Source: Zygophlyctis sp. KS116
Taxonomy: Eukaryota > Fungi > Chytridiomycota
Assembly: GCA_054661495.1 (NCBI GenBank)
Contig: BAAFSQ010000382.1
Location: 1 to 8,302 of the forward strand
Length of the DNA stretch: 8,302 bases
Reading direction: 5' to 3'
Shown here: positions 1 to 7,200 of the stretch, piece by piece
How the letters are laid out: each line of letters starts with the position of its first letter
How positions within the stretch are numbered: the first letter of the stretch is position 1
Translations under genes and position numbers: made by a program
The notes under the pieces: generated by a model
Database searches by the model: none
Told to the model about the DNA's origin: nothing
What the model saw: only the letters and a program-made list of their open reading frames with translations

Positions 1-121
1 GAGGGCAAAGAAATTTCATTCAAATTGTTTCCTATTCTATTCTCTTGAAATTTATCAACTTACTTTTCAAAGTATCTAATCAAGGGATAACATTTTAATT
101 TTTTTTCTGAAATTAAGCACG

Positions 122-137
122 AAAATTGTACAATTTT
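122..137. repeat. Perfect 16-bp palindrome AAAATTGTACAATTTT
   Basis: Self-reverse-complementary; ends 4 bp before the ATG7 ATG. Confidence 0.85.
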
Positions 138-141
138 TTTG

Positions 142-2182
142 ATGTCAGAATCCATTCTACAATTCAATTTTATAGCTTCAACGTTTTCTAGTCAGTTTTG
201 GTTTACTCTTGCGAAATTGAAGTTGGAAGCCTGGAAATTAGATAATTCTCAAAAAAAGGTTTTAGGATTCCTAAAATCAAAGTTGGAATTTGATGAGAAT
301 TCAGTACTAGGAGCAGGTTCCGAGTCTCAAGGAGAAGGGGTTTTACTTGAAAGAGCCTTGGAATCATGTAATCTGAATCTCTGTCAGGATTCTAGAGTAT
401 TACAGGGAATTTTAAAGAATACAAATACTCTGGAAGAATTCAAAGAGTTTGATAAACTCAAGTTTCAGCGTGAAATCACTCAAATGATTCTCAGAAACAT
501 AAAATCAGATGCGTTTTTAAAGGATCCTTCAACTCTAAACTTGTTTGGGCTATTGACTTTTTCAGATCTAAAAAAGTATAGATTTATATATTGGTTTGTC
601 TTGCCAGCATTAGTTCCTAAAGAACCTTTTTTGGTTAAAAGAATTATATTAAATGAAAAATTAACGGAAAATCAGTGTATTCAGTTGAAAAATATACAAA
701 TAGGATTTCAGGATATAGCTTGCATTTTTTATATAGATACAAACGGGGATCTAAAAAAAGATTTGCTTGAAAATTGGAAAAGTTATGATTTTAACACCAA
801 TACTTTTATAGGGTATAGAGATGATTCTTGTTTAGGAGGTGCTCCAGGATGGAATTTAAGGAATTTTCTATATGCTATAAAACTGAAGTGGAGACTTGCA
901 AAAGTTCAAATAATTTTATTACAAAAATCAGAGGAGATTATACAAGAAATTTTAGAAATTGAACTGCCTGGACCAATTTATGAAGAGTTACCCGAATCTG
1001 TTGGCTGGGAGAGGAATAATCACGGGAAGATGGGCCCAAAAATGGTTGACTTGAGTGGATTTATGGATCCAGTAAAGCTTGCAGAAACAGCTGTGGACCT
1101 GAATTTAAAGCTTATAAAATGGAGGGCCATGCCAAATATACCTCTAGATAAGATTAATAATGTAAAATGCTTATTATTTGGAGCTGGGACATTGGGATGT
1201 TACACTGCTAGGGCGTTGATGGCATGGGGTGTTCGTCATATTTCATTTGTAGATTCTGGAAAAGTATCTTTTTCTAATCCAGTTAGACAGCCTCTTTTTA
1301 GCTTTGAGGATTGTTTAGATGGAGGAGTTGATAAGGCAGTAGCTGCTGCAAAAGAGTTAAAGACGATATTTCCAGGAATGACTTCACAAGGACATGGTAA
1401 AATATCCTATAGAGTTAAGTTTAGTTTTAAATATCCCTATGCCTGGGCATCCATTATCAGATTCTCAAGATACGAGAAACTTGTTCAAGAATATAGAAGA
1501 TTTAATCCAAGATCATGATGCTATATTTTTACTTACAGACAGTCGTGAAAGTAGATGGCTTCCTACTCTTATTGGAGCAAATAAGAACAAGATTGTAATG
1601 AACGCCGCTTTGGGATTTGACTCTTTTCTAGCCATGCGACACGGATCACGTCAAAATGATCAATCTCTTTTAGGATGTTATTTTTGTAATGATGTGGTTG
1701 CTCCAACTGATGTAATTATTTCTTTTATAAAATTCTAGTCACTAAAAGACCGAACTTTGGATCAACAATGCACAGTAACTCGACCTGGATTATCTCTATT
1801 AGCCAGTTCCTTGGTGACAGAATTATTTATATCTATCCTTTGCCACCCTTTAGGAATGGATGCACCAGCAGATCTATCCCAGGATCCATCTACTACTCTT
1901 GATTATTCTTTTGGACTTGTCCCACATCAAATTCGTGGATTCCTTACTCATTATAGCAATTTACTAATCAAAGGACACGCATTTAACAAATGTTCTGCCT
2001 GTTCTCCACCTGTAATTTATTATAAATCTCTCATCATCTAGATTCTTAACGCTTACAAAGAATCTGGGATAGATTTCCTGTTGTCTGTAATTAATGATTC
2101 TAGTATACTAGAGACTGTTTCTGGTCTTGGTGAACTGTATGAAGCGACGCGATCGATTGATGTAGAATGGGAAGATGAATAA
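142..2182 (+). CDS. ATG7: Autophagy E1-like activating enzyme ATG7; join(142..1396,1425..1711,1739..2011,2042..2182), 651 aa
   Basis: ATG7 N-terminal motifs ([50 protein letters not shown]). [21 protein letters not shown], Rossmann GAGTLGC and [12 protein letters not shown] follow. Splicing restores [38 protein letters not shown]|[17 protein letters not shown] (catalytic Cys codon 1769-1771), PHQIRGFL and CSACSPP|ILNAY. First ATG is at 142 (the track's 139 is TTG); TAA at 2180-2182. Confidence 0.96.
1397..1424 (+). other. Spliceosomal micro-intron, 28 nt (ATG7 intron 1, phase 1)
   Basis: GTAAAA...TTTAG; removal joins ORFs 139..1518 and 1394..1738 into [13 protein letters not shown]. Confidence 0.9.
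1712..1738 (+). other. Micro-intron, 27 nt (ATG7 intron 2, phase 0)
   Basis: GTAATT...TTCTAG; restores APTD|[13 protein letters not shown]. The acceptor TAG is an in-frame stop if the intron is retained. Confidence 0.93.
2012..2041 (+). other. Micro-intron, 30 nt (ATG7 intron 3, phase 0)
   Basis: GTAATT...CTCAT...TCTAG; restores CSACSPP|[13 protein letters not shown]. The acceptor TAG is an in-frame stop. Confidence 0.9.
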
Positions 2183-2186
2183 GATC

Positions 2187-2216
2187 AAGTCTACAATAAG
2201 TATTAAGTCTACAATA
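2187..2216 (+). repeat. 12-bp direct repeat AAGTCTACAATA x2 (2187-2198, 2205-2216)
   Basis: Exact duplicate immediately after the ATG7 stop, 18-bp period. Confidence 0.85.
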
Positions 2217-2295
2217 TGTTGTGAAATTGTACAAGATTTAGTGAAATTTGAGTGAAACGCGACGTTTAAATATATTCCTACGTCACCCTTTTTTG

Positions 2296-4159
2296 ATGCC
2301 TGATTCTACTCTCATATGGACTATTACTATAGGAATAATATCATTTATTTGGATTCTCATCTCAAGACTTTCGAATTCTTCAGAGACTTTGGAAGACGAA
2401 TTTCAAGTCCAAGGAGACGACGATCTAAAGGATTTCCTCAAGAATTTCAAAGTTGAAGATGTTTTGAAATTACCTGGTACTCATGGTATTTGGTCTATTG
2501 GATTTACTGACAAGGCGGCTTCTGTAACTGAAGATACTCAACTCAGGCTCATGGAATTTAGATCTTTTCAGAAAGTTGATGTGGAATATATTGAAGCTCT
2601 ATTGTAAGTTTTTTAAATCAAGTTTATCATCGCAAAATTATTAACATTTAGAGTGAAAGCCATGGTTGAACCTACTATTTTAATAGAGGAGGCAGGGGAA
2701 GAGAAGAAGGAATTTTGTGTTAAGCCAGGGACTGTTTTAGTCAATGAGAGTAAATTCATGTCTGCCAAAGTCTTTGATCAGTTGGTGGAAAAAATGAAGA
2801 ATTATGGTATAAATATTTCTACAAAAGCTATGCTTGGTCCAGACTTGGATGAAATGCTCAATAAGAGAAAATCAGAATTATATAAACAGCAGCAAGAGAC
2901 TCAGAAAAGAATGTCAGAGATGTCAAAGGAAGCTAAAATTGAATTTGCTCCACAGCCGCTTCGAGGCTGTTTTAAATGTCATCAAGAGATTTCTGGAAAA
3001 GCTAGTCAATGTTCTGCATGTAAAGCTGTTATATATTGTTCTCCGGATTGTGCGGTGAGTTTTTCTATTTTAAAGAATAAGAAAAGTGATTGGGGAGTTC
3101 ATAAACAAATTTGTTCTCTCTTTAAAGCGAATATGGATCGTATTGTGTCTGGATCACTTCATTCTTTTCCATTTACTTTTTATCCAGAAAATAAGCCTTT
3201 GGCAAATTACAATACTGTAAATATGCTAGTAAAACATGGAGTGCATAATGTAGGTGTTTTTAGAAGACTCTGTGCTTGTTATCAAAATGTTCCAATGGGT
3301 GAATTATATTCAGAGTCTTTAAAAACTCTTGAAGATGCAAAGATTACAGATCCTAAAGATATATTTAACGCTACAGGCTTAGCAGAAATATGGTATCCAT
3401 TATCAGCACCATTAAAGAATTCACGTAAAATTAAGACTTGGAAAGATTTGTTTGAAGCTAAACATGTACCTTTTGATGATATTGCTCCATTTGTTCTTGA
3501 TCATGCATTGACTATTTGGCATATCCTTAATACTAATATCCTTGACAATGTTGCAGCGAATAATGGTATGTGATTAGTTTTTTTATAATTCCACAGATGG
3601 GAGAAAAGTAATTACACTTCATTACTTGGGTGTAGAAGCTGAATGTGACTTTTTGGCTACATTTGAAATTTTATTAGCCTTAATTCCTTCTAAAACGGAT
3701 TTAGCTATTCATATGATTGGTCCAAGTGTATCACCATCCATGCCTCCAAACCACAAATGTTTTAAATTTAATTCAGCGGAAACAGATTCTAACCTGATTA
3801 TAACTTTGACTAGCTCAATTTATTCTGAATCTTTATACTCTGGAGAACAAATTAGTCAAGATTTCCCCTCTATATCATTTGGGAAGAAAGTACCCACTGC
3901 TGTTATAATCTTGAATGGTCTTCTTTTGGGATATGAAACATGGATCCCTTCAATTCAATTAATTATTTCCAAGAAAGCAAAAGTTTATTGTTCAGAAGGC
4001 ATGGAACAAAATGCTGCAGCAGTTGGAAGAAATTTGGTTAATCTCAGACATCATCTTTTGAACCCAGTTGCACCAAATCCATTCAGACAACCAATATTTC
4101 AATTTAAAAAAGATGCTAATTTACCAGCATGGTCTAATGGATTTTTATTTGGATTTTAA
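2296..4159 (+). CDS. MYND zinc-finger protein, ZMYND15/MSS51-like; join(2296..2603,2652..3054,3082..3565,3597..4159), about 585 aa
   Basis: MYND finger CFKC...CSACKAVIYCSPDCA|KSDWGVHKQIC (2968..3114). C-terminal motifs ITLHYLGVEAE, IHMIGP, YETWIPSI and NPFRQP...NLPAWSNGFLFG are typical of the ZMYND15/MSS51 C-terminal domain. Exons join in frame at GT-AG boundaries. Inclusion of exon 1 (ATG 2296, hydrophobic N-terminus) is less certain than the rest. Confidence 0.8.
2604..2651 (+). other. Intron, 48 nt (MYND gene intron 1, phase 2)
   Basis: GTAAGT donor, TTAAC branch motif 2641-2645, TTTAG acceptor; joins IEAL(L)|VKAMVEP in frame. Confidence 0.8.
3055..3081 (+). other. Cryptic in-frame, stop-free micro-intron, 27 nt, inside the MYND finger
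   Basis: GTGAGT donor, T-rich body, AAG acceptor. Removal deletes VSFSILKNK and restores canonical MYND spacing C-x-x-x-D-W-x-x-H-K-x-x-C. Confidence 0.85.
3566..3596 (+). other. Micro-intron, 31 nt (MYND gene, phase 1)
   Basis: GTATGT...CCACAG; joins AANN(D)GRKVITLHYLGVEAE into the frame of ORF 3626..4159. Confidence 0.9.
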
Positions 4160-4169
4160 ATTTCTATTA

Positions 4170-4175
4170 AATAAA
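4170..4175 (+). terminator. Candidate polyadenylation signal AATAAA (overlapping ATTAAA 4166-4171) for the MYND gene
   Basis: Canonical hexamer starting 11 nt after the TAA stop. The AT-rich background makes a chance match possible. Confidence 0.4.
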
Positions 4176-4228
4176 TATTGTCATTGGGAATATCAAAGAT
4201 TTTGGGAATTTGTTAGGGCGAAGAACTG

Positions 4229-7200
4229 ATGAAATTTAAATATAACATTGATGGAACACAACGACCAGAGACCGATGCAGAGAGAAGAGATAGAGAAGCA
4301 AGACTGATCAATTTAGAAATTTCAACTCCAGAAGCCATGGATCGAGCAAAGAAATTAATTTCGGGAGTTGATCCATCAGCGATCAATGATTTCACTGAAA
4401 AGATCAAATTGCTAGATCTTCCATGGTCAAAAAAAGTGGATTGGCTTTTATTCTCAAAGGAAGGAGAGGCCGGTTTCTCTAGGCATGATCCAAGATATCA
4501 GGACTTCAAGACGTTTTACTCTAAATACAAGAATCTTCATTTGAAAAAAATCGGTTTGGCTAATCTTACAGAAGCGGAAGAAATTGAAGTTGCAAGGTTG
4601 GCCATGACTCTTTTTAAAGATTTTCTGGAAAAAAAGGAAATTGCAGTAAGGGAGAAGATTAGAAATACAAGAAGCTCACTGCCTATAAAAGATCTACAAT
4701 ACTCAATTGTAAACATGATTAAGGAAAATCAAGTGGTTTTGATCGCAGCAGATACTGGGGCAGGAAAATCTACTCAAGTTCCTCAATATCTATTAGAAGC
4801 AGGTTTTGATAAGATTGCTTGTACTCAGCCAAGGAGGATTGCATGTTACAGTCTTGCAAAGCGTGTAGGATTTGAGAGTGCAAATACGTCAGATATTGGA
4901 TACAAAGTCAGATTTGAGGGTTCTCGGACAAAAGATACAAAGGTCTTGTTCTTGACAGAAGGTATACAAGAATTTTATAATTAATTTATAGGTGTGCTTT
5001 TGAGAGAATATGTCTCCGATCCAAATCTTTCTGCTTATAATGTTATTATTGTAGATGAGGTTCATGAGAGACATATAACAGGCGATTTTTTGTTGGGGTA
5101 GTTGAATTTTTTTAAATTATAGAGTTTTAAAAAGGATTGCAATGACTAGAAAAGATTTAAGGATTATTTTGATGTCTGCCACGATTAATGCTGAACTTTT
5201 TAGTACATACTTTAATGCTCCCATAATACAAGTTCCTGGGCGTACATTTCCTGTTAAAATTGAATATATTCCGTTTGAAAAAGAAGATTCTAATTTGGTT
5301 GATGCAAATGCATACAAGGAACGAATGAATTCTGAAATCAAGTTATCAGTCTCGGTCAGATCGGAAAAAATCAAATCAGGACCTTATCTTCGGATTCTTG
5401 AAAAAATAGATTCAACTGTTTCTTCAGTTGAACGAGGAGATCTATTGATATTTTTAAGTGGAATTAATGAAATAACTACTCTGGCGGAAGATCTTCAAGC
5501 ATATGCAGATTTGAACAAAAAATGGATTATTTTAATTTTACATAGTACGTTGTCTGCGGCTGAGCAGGAAAAAGTATTCTAATGTTTACTTATCATAGGT
5601 TTTTGATGTTGCGCCTGAAGGAGTTAGAAAGTGTATTCTATCGACAAATTTAGCAGAGACATCTGTTACCATTGATGGAATACGATTTATTATTGATTCA
5701 GGAAAAGTTAAAGAAATGGCATACGACCCAGCATCTAGGCTCTCTCGACTTCAAGAATTCTGGATCAGTAGTTCTAGTGCAAAACAGCGTGCTGGTAGAG
5801 CTGGAAGGACTGGTCCTGGGATTTGCTATCGACTGTATTCCCAAAATGAATATGATCATTTTAATAGTTTTCCCGTTCCTGAAATTCAGAGAACCTGTCT
5901 TGATCCATTAGTTTTACAAATCAAGGCATATAACTTGGGAGACCCAAGGAGTTTTGAATTTATCGAAAATCCTTTTCCGCAAGCCGTTGAACAGTCTTTG
6001 CTAAGACTCAAGGATTTAGGATGCATTGATGAAAGTGAAAATATTACTCGTTTGGGCAAAGTTCTGGCTTTGCTCCCTGTGGATCTAGTTTTAGGAAAGA
6101 TGTTAGTTCTCGGACAAGTATGCAATATCAAGGAACCGATGCTAGTCGTAGCAGCAGCATTATCCGTCCCATCCCCATTTATACGTATCCCAGAGACTCA
6201 AACAGAAATATTAAATGTAAGTTTTTCGTAGCTTTTGACTATTTAGAATCGTCAAGAATTATTCTCAGATCATGGGGATCCATTTACGTATTTAAACGTT
6301 TATTCTTCATGGCTTCGAATGAAAGTCGAAAAGGTTAGTCAATAATAGTCGTTGATAAATTTTAGGGGTCTTCTCGTAGATGGTGCCAAAGACATGGCAT
6401 TGAAGAGCAAAGGCTTTATGATGTAGTAAAATTGAAAGAGCAATTTCAGTCTATACTTAAGCATTCATTTGATTCAGAAGATAGTGATGAAGAGTTGTCA
6501 AAAAAGAGAGACCGAGATCCGGAAACAGAAAAAGAGTATTGGACAGATCCGGAATATAAGAAAAAAAGAGAGCAGCGGTTTTTACTATCGCATCAAAAGC
6601 ATGCTCAGTCATCCAGCAGGAAAAAGCTTTTGAAATTTAAAAGTGGTTATTCAGTTGCTGAAAATGATGATGGTGATACTACTTATATTGCTAACTTTTT
6701 AGAAGATGATGAGCCATCAGTAAATGAATTAGAATTTTCTTTGAAACATAATCCGGAGGACCTTCTCAATAAGTCGGATATTCTAGCTCTATCTATAAAA
6801 GAAATTAACTTAATCAAGCTATTACTTTGCTCCGGTCTTTATCCTAACATCGCTATCGCCGATGAAGCTAATTATTACCGTAAATTACAGGAGCAGGCTT
6901 TTCATACTTGCTCAAAGCGGTAAGAAGCTAATGATCCACTTAATATATTTAGGCTTTTAAGTATGCACCCCACATCTGTTTTCTCATTTCGACCGGAAAT
7001 AATCCAGCCACTCCCCCCTGAAGTTCAGAACGAGGTTGGTGAAAAGGAAACTTTAAAAAGCATCCGGGGCATTGTTCGAAATCAAGAGAGTCTATGTTAC
7101 TTACAGCTACTGGAGACTAACAAACCATACCTTCTAAATGTCTTCAGATCGCATGGACTGCATACATGCCTTTTATTTTCAAGAATCGTCGATATTTCAC

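Noticed and set aside
259-282. Possible 24-nt in-frame intron GTTTTA...CTAAA...AAAG in ATG7 exon 1
   Set aside because: It would delete VLGF, which corresponds to the conserved I/V-x-G-Y/F strand of the ATG7 N-terminal domain; the donor is weak.
1397-1412. Alternative 16-nt version of ATG7 intron 1 (TATAG acceptor, also in frame)
   Set aside because: It is far shorter than all other introns, lacks a well-placed branch motif and adds four residues to a conserved segment.
1712-2041. Stop-codon reassignment (TAA/TAG = Gln, as in some aphelids and ciliates) explaining in-frame stops
   Set aside because: Read-through would insert non-homologous residues into conserved motifs such as APTD|SL. Internal stops occur only within intron-like segments, TAA ends two genes at the expected positions, and the non-3n breaks need splicing anyway.
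4180-4216. Acceptor-like TTTGTTAG just upstream of and in frame with the DHX34 ATG (extra upstream exon or trans-splice site)
   Set aside because: Only a poor donor (GTCATT) and no upstream ATG exist in the gap, and the other genes show no comparable site; unsupported without RNA data.
4748-4771. Walker A of DHX34 begins with Ala (ADTGAGKS) rather than Gly
   Set aside because: It still fits [AG]xxxxGK[ST], so it is no sign of inactivation.
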